64,000 nucleotides of DNA, taken from positions 294,458 to 358,457 of the forward strand of contig MNCI01000967.1 of assembly GCA_015680685.1 (NCBI GenBank), read 5' to 3'. The position numbers were made by a program, and so were the translations under genes. Every line of letters starts with the position of its first letter. The stretch's first letter is position 1. The notes under the pieces were generated by a model. That model was not told where the DNA came from, did not search any database, and saw nothing but the letters and a program-made list of their open reading frames with translations. Origin of the DNA: Gnetum montanum. Its lineage: Eukaryota > Plantae > Gnetophyta. Of this stretch, positions 1-12,100 are shown in pieces.

Positions 1-354
1 GCTCTCCTGCCTTGCATCCCGAATACGTTGGGCTTTTGTGGGACGATAATCTCTCAGAGTGTAATCATTCGCAACGTATTCAGTAATCAGCTCTTGCATG
101 CCGTACTGTACCAAGACACGGAAAAGCATGTTGGAAGCAGAGCGATTTGGGGGTAACACGATGTTACCTTGCATGTCTCTCCACCGCAGTTGCTCATCTT
201 GATGGAAAACAAAGGTAAAATCTGGCACATACTCATCGGGATGAGTATATGTGACTTTAGCCTGTTGAGGACATGGTTGATTTCGATTATGCGTATGATG
301 CTGACTTTCTCCTGTATTGTCCTTAGGTGAGTTGATTTCATGAGAAGAAGCCAT
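1..354 (-). CDS. N-terminus of first ORF (probably gag) of Athila-like LTR element, runs off window start
   Basis: ATG at 354-352 opens a stop-free frame (MASSHEINSPKDNTGESQ...RIRDARQES) to base 1, ~130 nt downstream of the PBS; no diagnostic motif reached. Confidence 0.5.
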   Translation of the reverse strand, partial: MASSHEINSPKDNTGESQHHTHNRNQPCPQQAKVTYTHPDEYVPDFTFVFHQDEQLRWRDMQGNIVLPPNRSASNMLFRVLVQYGMQELITEYVANDYTLRDYRPTKAQRIRDARQES

Positions 355-480
355 TTCTACTGGTGTGCTAACTTCACCGTTATTTATTGTTCTTGATTAA
401 CTGATTAACCCTAAGGTTCGTTTTAAGCTCACAATGATGTGAGTGATATCCCTTATGTTAAATTGGCGTAAAAACACTTA

Positions 481-499
481 GTCCCCGGCAACGGCGCCA
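481..499 (-). promoter_or_regulatory. Primer binding site, tRNA-Asp type (TGGCGCCGTTGCCGGGGAC), typical of Athila
   Basis: Reverse complement of gtccccggcaacggcgcca, 1 nt from the LTR end. Confidence 0.85.
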
Positions 500-500
500 A

Positions 501-1550
501 TGATGAGTGGCGAGGTACCCCTACACTCAACCATACGAAATGAGCGTACACGCGCGATCCGGTCGAACTCCGCAGACTAAATGCCTTAACGCCACAAGAA
601 ACACTTGGGGTTAATCGTTCGTTGTCTTCCCAGGCTTGCTTGTATGTGTCACGGTGTATGGTTAAGCAAGTCTGAGGTATGTGATTTTTTTGGTATTTTC
701 GGCTTATCTTCTATGCTACCAGGAGAAAGGGTTGAGAAAACTAAACTAACTCTAACTAAGATCTAAGTCTAAATTAACTAGCGTCAGCATCCGTTCCCAC
801 TTGCCGGACACACCCTGAACTATGCAACTGCAGCTTACCAAACGCTAATCGTTACTGGGATCGCCACACGTAACGCAAGTGCTCGAAGTGGTCGTACTGA
901 GGCACCTATTTAGCCTACGTGTGATAAGCAGCCGATTCCTTAGCCAGCCGTACACACCCGTGGGTGCTCGTAACTAAGTCGTACTTATCACACGATCTAG
1001 CCTAGCAATGAGCAGCCGATTCCTCAACTAGCCGTACACATTAGACCCGGGAGTTACCAAGCGCAGAATCCTGGAATACGCTACTGGGTTACCAAGCATC
1101 CAATGCTCGTAATTGAGTCGTACTCATGCATTGCGTCAAGCAGCCGATTCCTTGACTAGCCGTACACGTCCGTAGACGCTCGTAATCAAGTCGTACTTGA
1201 ACGCACTAGGAAAGCAGGAAATAAAGCAATAAATGAAACCACGTGCTGCAAGGTTTATCCAAACAAGTTCGTCTTTATTGCCGTACACAACTTGGGTTCA
1301 GGTTACAAGCTGCTCGAATAAAGAGCCGTTCACTCTAGGACTCCTACTGCGGGCACATGGGGAAAAATTCTAACTCTGGAGTGATCAATCTGCCAGAGCT
1401 TCGCTACACTAGCCAGGATTGGGAAATGAAGGGAGTGCCGCCTCTTATTTATAGATATGGCGGCGGGACGCGATATCGCATACGCGATATCGCATGGGAT
1501 GCGATATCGCGTCGGCCGCGATATCGCCTAGTGAAACTCGCGTCTCATCA
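501..1550 (-). mobile_element. 5' LTR of Athila-like Ty3/Gypsy element (body lies left of window)
   Basis: TGATGAG...CTCATCA terminal inverted repeat, adjacent PBS, minus-strand TATA (ctataaataag ~1445-1455), GCGATATCGC palindrome cluster 1470-1527, three agcagccgattcct..agccgtacac repeats. Confidence 0.85.
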
Positions 1551-2153
1551 AAGGGGTATGGGCCAACCTATAAATATAGTGCTTAGGTGCATGGTTTGGA
1601 CAACACTTTTGCATTAGCTTTTCATAGTTTTGTTAATAGAGTAGCTGAACTCTTGTAGTTTTATTCCATAATCTTACAGAATAATTAGTAAGTGCCCATA
1701 GAGTGGATTTGAGTTAGTTGTATGGAGTCTTATTCGAGTGGCAATGTACTTGGACATATTCCATGAATGACAATAAGATCAAGATTGATTCTTATTCATT
1801 ACAACACTTTGACTTAGATTAGATTTACTTTCCATGTACTTAGTTAGTATTTACATTTTCATGCATGTTAATTAATTAGGCACATAAGTACAATTGTTTC
1901 AAGCATGCATATGATTGTTAGTAATCCCAACAATGTTTAACGTTTGGTAACCTAGCAGCGTTGTGTTCAAGATGTGCATGGGAAGTTGGATCAATTACTT
2001 ATGTTAGTATAGTTGATTATTAATTAGTAATTAGATTAGTTAAATTGATTATAAATTAAGTTCCAACCTATTGTTAATTGTAGAATAATAAAATATAAAA
2101 TAATAAAAATCATATGCTTCACTTTGGAGTAAACCATTTCATTTACTAAAACC

Positions 2154-2916
2154 ATACCATTTACCAGAAAGCATGAATATGTGAGGGAATTTAAACAAGC
2201 TCATCGAAGGGATGATGACATTGCAATTGTGAATGCTGACTTGATTTATTGGGAAGCCATGGACATTTGATACTTTTGAGAATGCTTTTAAGGTGCTACA
2301 ACAAGATGTTTCGATAAAAAATAATGCTCCTGGTGACATGGTTGAATTTAGGAAATCATTGACATGGAGTTTCCTTTTCAAATTCTTTGGGTGTCTGAAA
2401 AGGAGTGGGTCTTCCAATGGCTCATTTTTCAGCAAAGCTTCAAGTTTAGGACTCATGGGTACAAAACGTGGCTATGGAGAAGGTGGTTGTGGAGCATGCA
2501 TTGTTCTTGTGTCTCATTATGATCTAGAAAAAAAAATCAATACATTGAGTTATCAATGCATGTTTGGCTCCATTTTATTCTATAGAGGAAATGCATGTAA
2601 TTACTGTGGAGGGTGTAGAAAATGAACAAAAGCTTCATCCTATCCAAAAACTATTGGCTAAATCTCATGGATCTCAATGTGGATTCTACAAACTAGGTTT
2701 TATAATGTCCATGTATACCATATTAAGGTCTTCTAAGAGCCCACCTGAACAAGGTCAAATTGAAGATTGTCTTACAGGAAACTTGTGCCATTGCATAGGC
2801 TATAGACCAATCCTTGATGCGTTAAGATTGATAACAGTTTGTATATTAAAAACAGTTCAGGAGTTTAGAACATTTAACGTTAATTTTCCCTTCAATAGGA
2901 AAGCCTTGTGAATGTT
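2154..2916 (+). pseudogene. XDH: Xanthine dehydrogenase fragment, intronless and circularly permuted
   Basis: EYVREFKQAHRRDDDIAIVNA, IGKPW..APGDMVEFRKSLTWSFLFKFF, GVGLPMAHFSAKLQ (FAD domain/linker) followed by GLMGTKRGYGEGGCGAC..HGSQCGF..GNLCHCIGYRPILDA..GKPCEC (N-terminal 2Fe-2S); frameshifts and deletions. Confidence 0.85.
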
Positions 2917-4329
2917 GGTAGGAAGTTAAAAATATGAACGTTGAGACAAAAACCATTGAAACCCTACGCAAAACCACTGCCAAAAGAAAACCATTGTGCA
3001 GAACAATGCAAAACAAAGCAAAGATCAGGAGGAGCAACGTAGAAACAAGGATTTGTTGTGCTTAAAATCAAAAGCAAAAATGATGTTCATGTGTTGAATC
3101 GTTATGTTCAATCCAAATCTATGCTAAGATGCTGTGAGGGTTTCAACAAGAAGTCTGCATGATGCCAGCATTTTTTCAAACAGCTTAGCAATGCCTGCAA
3201 TTCTCAATCGATGGAACGACCCTCTTCCTGCACCGGTGTCACGAGTAAAAAATGTTCAAGATTAGTGTGGTAGCTGGAAAAATGTTACGAGCGGCGTTGG
3301 AGACAAAAGCCTAAGAATTTTAAAGAATGGGGCATCGCGGCTAGCCATTTTTGTTAGGGTTAATTTTTTTGCTGATGCGTAGCCTCGTGAGGATGTGCTT
3401 GCTGAAAAGGAGCTGAAGCCGAAGTCGTCGAAACCTACACCAAAGAAAACCCTCATCAAATCAATGACCACGTGCTCTTCCATTATTTTGAAAACAGATA
3501 AAAGGCAGAAACAAGTTACTTCCTGACTGATAAAATGATGCTTTATAACGTTGGTGATAAAAAAAATCATGAAAGATAGATTCAAAACACCAGACGCGCA
3601 AGTCAGGGCCAGGGCCTTGCTCCACAGCGCGTGGATGGAGGACGAGATCTACATTGCGGCCAGGAGTGAAGACGAGGAGATAATCCTTTCTGCATTTTTT
3701 TTCTGCTAAGAAACAGCAAGCCTTTGCTATATTTTAGGGTTACAGTTCCAAAGAATATGGAGGCATTCTATATTTTTGGAACAGAAGCCATTACCCCATG
3801 CTTGGAGGTTTTAGATCGATATGTGGTACAATGCGGCAGGGCCTTGTTTTACGGTGGCAGGCAAGAAGTAAATTATGGGATCATGTTCCGAATAATGCCG
3901 TTGATTCCAAAGTTCTTTACCCTACCTTCCGATTTTCTTCAAATAAGGATGTCTTGTGTGCAGATAATTTATTCCATCCATTATCCTACGAAGGCACTGT
4001 TGATTTGGATAAAATAGATGATCCTATTGATGCAAAGTAATCTGGGAGAATTGATATACCGATTAATTGAAGCTTCATTCCACACAAAAACTAGAAATAC
4101 TAATAGAGATCTTGATTTGATTGAAAATTTGGGAATTGAAAGTTCTTGTAATAAAAATTTTGAAGGAGATCAAGATTTGGAAAGAACTATAAAGAGTGAT
4201 GTGACAGAGCTTAATCATATAGAAGATTTCACCTATAAATATTTAAACCTATGGTAAATATAGGCACTAGATACTTGGCTTCATTTTATATTTCTTGTAA
4301 ATGTTGTAATTTCATGACAATTGTAGCCT

Positions 4330-5953
4330 TTCAATTAAAGTGGTGGTTATAACCACCACCAAGGACACTTGTCAACTATAGCCTTTTTGTCTCCAAAATG
4401 GCCACTTGTCAACTAAATGGGCTACTTCTCAACCACCAAGGACACTTGTCACCTACAACTTGTTTATCTCCATGGTGACCACTTGTCAACTGAAAGAAGA
4501 CACTTGGCAACTGAAAGGCCACTTGTCAACTGCATGGGACACATGTCAACTGCAACTTGTTTCTCTCCATGGTGAACACTTGGTGACTGAGTGAAGACAC
4601 TTGGCAACTGCATGAAGACACTTGGCCATGGAATAGGACACTTGTCCATTGTAGCTTTTTTGTTTCTATGGTGGTTAAAACCACCCAAGATATTTTGTAA
4701 CTTCCCTACCTACCTTTGAACCCTATAAAAAGGCTTCAGGGGTCAAGGAGGAGGGAATGATCATCATCACTTCTCATATCATATGGGGTCTCACACATTA
4801 CACTTGGGATCAAAGAAGATTTGTAAAGAAGATTGCTTGTAAGATGGCTTGCTAGAGTAAAGATTTCAGCCTCTTTGTCATGGTCTTGTGAGTTATGCAT
4901 TTCATTTTTTGTTTTGTTTAAATTGTTTAGCTAGTGGTTTAGATAGTATCATCCTTGGCAAGTAATTTTGGGATTTTTAGATTGCTCTTATCGTTCTTGT
5001 TGCCCGATAGGAAATTTCTGTTAAAATTTTATCATAGAAGCCCTTGTGTTTAAAAGCCTTAAGAGCATTTGAGTAGTAAATTTCATTATTGTACAACGTG
5101 TGGGAACTACTATTGGGATTGTTGTAAGAGAGCCTCTGTTTGTAGTCACGCCGTTGAACAATTCAGTAGTCGAGAGGGTTCAAAAAATCTTTGGTATTTT
5201 GATGGGACCAGAATAACTTCTTTTTATCTTTAAAGTGAATTCCCATGGTTTTTGAATCAGAAATTTTTAAGTCTTTTAAAGGTTCTTTTTGAATGCAATC
5301 GTTGACATCTATTATCTAGCCAAAATGGAGTCTCGTACGTGGTAGTTTACGCAGCAATTTTTGGTAGCATAATAGGATTGTCTTGAAGATATTGCTTGTT
5401 TGAGCCTTGGAAGTTTGAACAATTCGTAGATATTGAATTTGGGATAGCTTTATTGCGAAGTGTTTACTCGTGTCATTTTACCTTGTTTAAATATTTGAGG
5501 TCTACACAAATCTGCTTTCTTTTCTTTTCTGTCTATTTTCATTGAATCTTGCTCTATTTCTAGTTTTCTTGTGGAACTATCTCTTTCTTTGGGGAAAATT
5601 AGGAGTAGATTGCGGAGTTGTGCTCAAATGTTTTTGAAAAATTTTATTTGTTACAAGTAGGTATTATAAGGACCGCGTAGACTAGGTAGTTGAACAAAAT
5701 AGGAAATTTTCAATAACTCACAGTACTTGGCAAAGTTGGCTGAATCTCTTTAAAGTAAGTCATTTGTAGTTTACACACAATGCAATCGTTACATTTCTCA
5801 CAACCGCATGCCGCAACAGAACACACACATACTCACATTAACTACTGAGTTTATTTGGAGGTATCTAGGCCTTGGTGTTACCAGAGACCAGCAGGCACCT
5901 AAATCCTGTTCGAGGACACTTGTTGGCGGTCGCGTCCCAAACGGTCGCCAACA
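4330..5953 (+). mobile_element. LTR (3' part) of the same family as the solo LTR at 33901-37225; 5' boundary uncertain (possibly tgttgg at 2913)
   Basis: Clear inverted homology to 33901-35270; acacttgtcaact repeat array 4365-4650, TATA ccctataaaa ~4721, ends ...cgccaaca. Confidence 0.75.
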
Positions 5954-6074
5954 ATATCCACACTAGGCTTTTCAAAAGTAATAAAAATATGATTTTACTT
6001 TGATATCCACACTAGGCCTTTCAAATATAAAATAAGAAAAATAGTAAACAAAACTTTTATCCACACTAGGCCTT

Positions 6075-7600
6075 TCAGAAGTAATGCTGAAGTGTAAGAT
6101 TAATGCTAGAGTTGGTGTAGTGCTGGAATTTTAGGCCATGATAGAGCAATGCTAGGGTGATGCAATAGCAACACTTGGGGATAAGAGTTATACCCCCCAA
6201 GCTAGGCATGGATGATGTTACATCCCTCAATGCTGGTGTATGTGGGCCATACCCCTCAACAAGTATCTCTAGTGTAGAAAATGTTGTACCCCCCACAAAA
6301 CCCATCAAAATTCCAATTTTGATGATCCAAAAGGAATTTTTAATTACCTCCAGCCTAAACATAGGCATGATAATAGATTTTTTCCTAGGGGGATAAGGCT
6401 TTGATCACTTATGAGGCATTTCTCAACCTCAAAAGTATAATGTATGTGAAATTGCATATCATGGATTACAATCTTCACATTTAGAATGGATTTCAGCCTT
6501 GGGTTTCATGGGATGAGGGCTACAAAGATTACAACATGCATTTTTAGTGATGTTTAATTGGCCTCTCTTTGTTGGTGTCTAAAGGATTAACCCAAGAGAC
6601 ATTGACAAAGAATAAAAAACACCACTACAAGTCCACCATTGATGTTCTCTCTTCATGCTTGATTTAGTCATGTCAAATCATGCTAAAGAGTGCTTGTGAT
6701 GATGGGATACAGCTATGATGAGGAAATGGTCATGAGGTCATAGGAAAATGGTCATGAGGATTAACAATGCATTCCAAGTACTAACATCATGGCTATGACA
6801 CTAACATGTTGATGAGTCAATGATTTTGACACTTCATTTTTTGAAGTGTGGTTCACTTAGTAGATGTATTTGAGGAACCATCACTTCACTTCAAGGTTTC
6901 GTTTGGTCACTAGGCTTCCCCATTTTCATGTTTGGAGTAATTGATTTAGGCTTTTGGTCTTCATAGGTATTTTTGGCTTCTTGGCAAGTTACTTTACTAT
7001 TTTTTTTGCAGTGTGAAAACTTCATTAGGTTTCCTTGCCAAGGTTGGTTTTGACACGGTTTTTCTATAGAATGAAGTGTGTTATGCTCAAGAAATGTAAT
7101 GTAGTTCTCATTTAATGAGATATGTTATGCTTGATGGACTTAATGGTCATCCCATAGAATGATTTATGTTGCATTCAATGGACTTGAAGATGGAGAATGA
7201 TGAAGGGATGTCACATGACCACCATGCATGAGTGTTAGACATCAGTCAACATTGTTACTCAGGGTAAGGAAGGCTATAATAAGGCTATGGATTTGGGTTA
7301 AAGGAGATGGTCATGGGAAAAGATGTGATACAAGAACTTTTCGCACAAGAAGACAAACTTATCAAATCTTTCACATCAAGGTGATGTGATGACTTTCAGA
7401 CTTCATCCTACAAGCATAACTCCAAGAGGATAGGAAAACCAAGCAAAGAAAACATGTTGTTAAAATACAATACATAAGGTCATAAAAGGATAGAACCAAG
7501 CTACTATAGATCTTCATGTTACAAAGTTTACAGTTTTTCCATTATGCAATAGATGGTCATTTAGACTTATTATCATTGTTGGCTATGATGAGGATTGATT
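6075..7600 (-). mobile_element. Fragment of old Tat-family element: 3' UTR, PPT and start of 3' LTR
   Basis: Homologous to ~32350-33750; PPT (caacaaagagaggccaa on minus) abuts degenerate LTR start at ~6557. Confidence 0.7.
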
Positions 7601-7606
7601 TTCGCT

Positions 7607-8576
7607 ATTCTGGCGTGTACGCCCAGCATTCTGGCGTGTACGCCCGGCACTTCAGCATATACGCCCAGCTCTCCGGCGTATACGCCCAGGCACTACAGAT
7701 GCGCACGCTTGACGATAGGATCTCCAATGACAGCATGAAGATAACATCGAAGAGCAAGAATTGAAGCAAGTGGCACCCTTCAGCGTATGCGCCCGGCGTG
7801 TACGCCCAACATCCGTTAGCGTATACGCCCAACGCTCAATCTCCACCCAGTCACGCCCAGCATTCTGGCGTATACGCCGACCTGATGCAGCGTATACGCC
7901 CAGCAGTTGTAACATTTTGTATATTTGTAAAGTGTATGCACCCGGTCAACGCGCCACGTGTCTCCCATCTTGAGTCTAGCGTAACAACCTATATAAAACC
8001 CCCATTTTTCCACTTCTGCGAGGCTTTTTGCAAAAAAAATCCCAGAGAAGACCAGAGAACATTTACGCTGTGCAAAAGAGCAGAAAACCTTCTTACGCTG
8101 AGAAGTCCTGCACGCTGCGGATCCAGTCTCTTACGCTCCGCCCACTCTGCAAACCGTCTGAGTCACCTGTGTGTACGCCGAGGCTTTTCGGCCACCTTGT
8201 GTTCCCACAACTGCGTTAGACCGGTGCACTGTACTCTAACTCTGTAATTCCATTGTTTCATTTGCTGCAAGTTCTTTTATAGTTTTACGTCAATTTGGCC
8301 CACGCCTCGCTCGTGCTTCGTTTGCATCTATTTACGTTTTACGCTGTTTTTGCTTCGTTTACGCCTGCACGTCGTTTACGCATAACCCAGCATATTAGCA
8401 TTTGCGTACGCGCGGGGAAATCCTTGTCTGATCCGCGTGCGGACCACCCAAGGTACTCTGCCTCCATTGCATTCCAGCACGCCCTCAGGCATAGGCAGGG
8501 TCTTCTGTACGCGTCCTGCGATCCCGCGGCCTTTGTTTTTCCTTCCAGTCAGAGACCGACAATTTCAGGCGGTACA
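7607..8576 (+). repeat. 5' LTR (lacks first ~185 bp)
   Basis: Aligns to 23866-24849; ends ggcggtaca; TATA cctatataaa ~7988; GCGTATACGC arrays. Confidence 0.9.
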
Positions 8577-8581
8577 GAAAT

Positions 8582-8598
8582 TGGCGCTAAAAGGAGGG
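8582..8598 (+). promoter_or_regulatory. Primer binding site, tRNA-Asn type (TGGCGCTA[G>A]AAGGAGGG)
   Basis: Complementary to the plant cytosolic tRNA-Asn 3' end CCCTCCTTCTAGCGCCA; the same PBS is seen degenerate at 46013-46031 and 63461-63477. Confidence 0.8.
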
Positions 8599-9162
8599 TA
8601 TCCTTAAAACCCTTACCTGCAATTCTTAACGTATACGCTGTTAAGCGTCTACACCGTTAGCTATACGCCGCCAACCCTCCCAGTGTTTACGCCATCCCAT
8701 TCTGAAACCCACCTCGTAACTGCCCAGCGTCTACGTTGCGCAGCGTTCACGCTCTCAAACATCACCGCTTTGTTTACGCTCGTCTGTTTCACGCTCTACT
8801 GATTACGCTGACTTCTACAAGCCTGTCTTTTATGCTATGTTTTCACGCTTCAAACTGTTTTACGTTTTGTACCGTCTTATGCTTTGTACTATTCTGCCCT
8901 GCCTATTTTACGCTCCCCATCACCCTGTTTACGCTTCCCTGTTTACGCTTTCCTGTTTATGCTTTCCTGTTTATGCTGCCTTGTTTCACCCCGCAACCCA
9001 TCTCACGCGTACGCTCCCCGGCGTCTACGTTGTATACGTTGTACATGCTGTATACGCTGTATATGCTGCCCCTATACGCCATCCATTAGGCATGTACGCT
9101 GTCCGTCCGTCAAGACATCAACTTCGTAATTCCAAACTTATCCATATCTGCAACGTAGCATC

Positions 9163-12100
9163 ATGAATCCTTCAAACAACACTGCTCTCATTGCTCAGAC
9201 CACCACCATGGACACCATAGCTGTTCAACAGCCCATCGCACAACACCCGGGAATGCAGCCCACAACGGGCCCCTGTCGATCCCTAAGGCTGCAAGGGAAG
9301 AACTCGGCCTCTAACATTATTACCCAGGATCAGTACAACTTTATCTGTATTAAGATACAAGCTGACCTGGTTGTTGATCAAGCTAAACTAGAGGTGAAGA
9401 GGTAGTTTGAGTTGTATTACAGGGGGGGACAAGAGTTCACCCCAACCCCCTACAATGTAATTCCCGTTCCTGAACAATACTCGGAACTCGTCACACAACT
9501 CCTCCTCCAAAGGAACAATTCGTTGGATCAGCCCGCAATGGAGCCCCAACCAGAGGATGAGGATGAGTTTGCCGCTCAATCCGTGCAAGGGGAGTCGTTC
9601 CATACCTTAAGTCCTCAAGCGCAGGTCAACCCCTTTTTCCATCCCGGCACAGGGGAACTCATGCCCTTGCCACACCTTAGATTCCTCCAAGCCCAGCAGC
9701 CACCGCCAGAAACAGCAACATTAGTCCACGTCCCTCTCCCAAGCGACCCCCAACCCAACACCTTCCCGCTCACACTCATCCCTACGGCCGCGGCGGGCCC
9801 ATCCTCACAAGTGCAGCCACCTATCGATAACACGGGAGCAACGCTCCCACCAAGGGTGATAGGGATGCCACACGTAATTCCGACGTCCACATCCGCCCAC
9901 TTCATACCACACCTCCAAGCACACACAGCTCCCCAGACAGCCATAACCCAACAGGGAGTCCTCGCTCACAATGTGGCAGGGCAATGGCTGCCAAGGGAAG
10001 CGCCGTCGTACCAAGCCCCCCATCACCATGTGCCACCTCACACAATCCCACCAGCCAATGTCCCCCAAGCACAACCCCAACTCCAGCAGCAATAGCCACA
10101 GCATTTCCCCTATCACGTGCCACCCGTAGCGTTGCCCGCTGTAACCTTCCCACAAACACAAGCACCCGCGTAGCTTTCAGCCCTTCAGCCTCATACGCAA
10201 CAATCTAACTTGTACAGTATACTGCAGCCCCAAGTCGCCATATCACCGAGCGCCCAAGACTGGGCGGATGCTAAGAAAATAATGCAAGAGCTTACTGAAG
10301 AGGTGAAACACCTCAAAACGGCCACTGAGGGAAAGCTGAAGATAGTGGATTTCTACAACGATGACCCTATTAGCTCTTCTGTCCCTTCTCTGACCCTGCC
10401 CAAAGGTGTCCCCCTACCAACCCTAACTAAATACAATAGGGAAACAGACCCCAACGCCCATCTTATAACATTCAGATTAGAGTGTGCACTGCTCCAGGCT
10501 TGGCCCCATGCCATCCTTCGAGTATTCCCCATGTCCCTCGTGGGAAGGGCACTCGACTGGTACCGAGCCTTGCCCAGGGACTCTATCCTTTCTTTGGATG
10601 ATCTTTTACGCCAGTTTGTGACTCGGTTCAAGTATAACTTGAAACCTGAGGCCACGCTGGATAGCCTCATGCAGATCAAGCAAGCACCGCTTAAACCGAT
10701 GCAGAAGTTTATTCAGAGGTGGAGTGCAGCTCTCAATGAGCTACATGAACCGATCTCTCCAACGTATCTGCTTACGATATTGAAAGCAGCGGTCAATGAT
10801 TTTTTCAAGTCCAAACTGTATTACCTTAACACGCGTGACCTTAATGAGGCATTTGAACAAATCAAGAAAATAGAGGAGGCGGCTCAAAACAGCCACGACC
10901 CTGCATACTTGGCCTTCAGAAACCAACAAACTAAAAAGGACAAAGAGAAGGTCAAGACAACTATAGTAGCAATAGCGGGAGCACAACAAACAAACACCAC
11001 ACAGCAATACAAACCACCCGCACCCCCCACTAACTACTATCAGCCCGCTCCTACAGCAGCCCCGGAGTCATCATCACAGAATCCGGTGAACCGTACGCGT
11101 AACTTCGAGAGGAAAGAACCCTCTCAGTACACGTCTTTACCGATGAAGCCATCCCAGATCTTCGATCAACTCTTAAAGGCTGGATTGATGCAACACAAAC
11201 AAATGTACCCAGCGGCTATTCAAAGACATGACCGGTTCTGTCAACTCGTACAGAACCCAAGCCTAGCAACACCGGATGAGCCACCCATGCCCAAAGGGTT
11301 CAGGATGGATCACTTCTACGACTACCATCAACGTAATGGGCATGGAACGGATTACTGCTTTACCCTGAAGCAGGACATCCAAAGGATGATTGATGATGGC
11401 AAGATTACTTTTGACGGGGCTAACCCCGTCCAACCGCAAAATCAGACTATGGGGGTGTATAAAGACCCCCTGAACGCTGAAGGGACATCATACGTAATTA
11501 CTTCAATCCATTGTGATGATGAATCCAGCACACCCTGCATTAACACCATTTACCCCAAACATAAAAAAGAAATGTTTGAAAAACCGTACGTAGTTCAGAT
11601 CCCTCCCGCTAAGTCGACACCCGCCTATCAACCATCTCGTGCCCCGCAGCGGCCATACGTAGTCCGAGTGCCCCCCACCGTACCCACTCCCAACACTATG
11701 ATGCGCCAAAAACCATACGTGGTGCGCATCCCTCCACTGAATCCTGCGGATGCATCGACCCCTCATGCTCGGCCTACCCCCTTCGTAGTCCGAGTACCAT
11801 CGATCGTTGCAACAACGGAGGTCCAACCTCCACCCAGACCGACCCCGTACGTCATCAGGGTGCCTGGACAGGCTCCTGCCCAATCAAATCCGACCATCCA
11901 CTCGCAACCCCGACCAGCTCCATACGTCGTAAAGGTCCCAGGGCAACCCCAGGCCCCCAAACCAACTCCACCTCCATGCCGAGAACGCTTAGCCGATGAG
12001 CTTACCCAGGAACGACTGGAGAAAGAGCGCCAACGGTTAGCTCTGGGGCCACCCAAACCAACTCCACTGAACTCCATGCCTATGACATCATCTAGCGATC

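Noticed and set aside
2913-4330. 5' extension of the 4330-5953 LTR and short ORFs 3724-4257
   Set aside because: tgttgg at 2913 fits a terminal repeat, but the flanks (GTGAA vs ATATC) give no TSD and the ORFs have no recognisable motif; left unassigned
7516-9166. Many overlapping ORFs rich in VYA/AYT
   Set aside because: Translations of GCGTATACGC/TACGCT repeats in LTR and 5' UTR; same for 17495-17722 and 23511-24520
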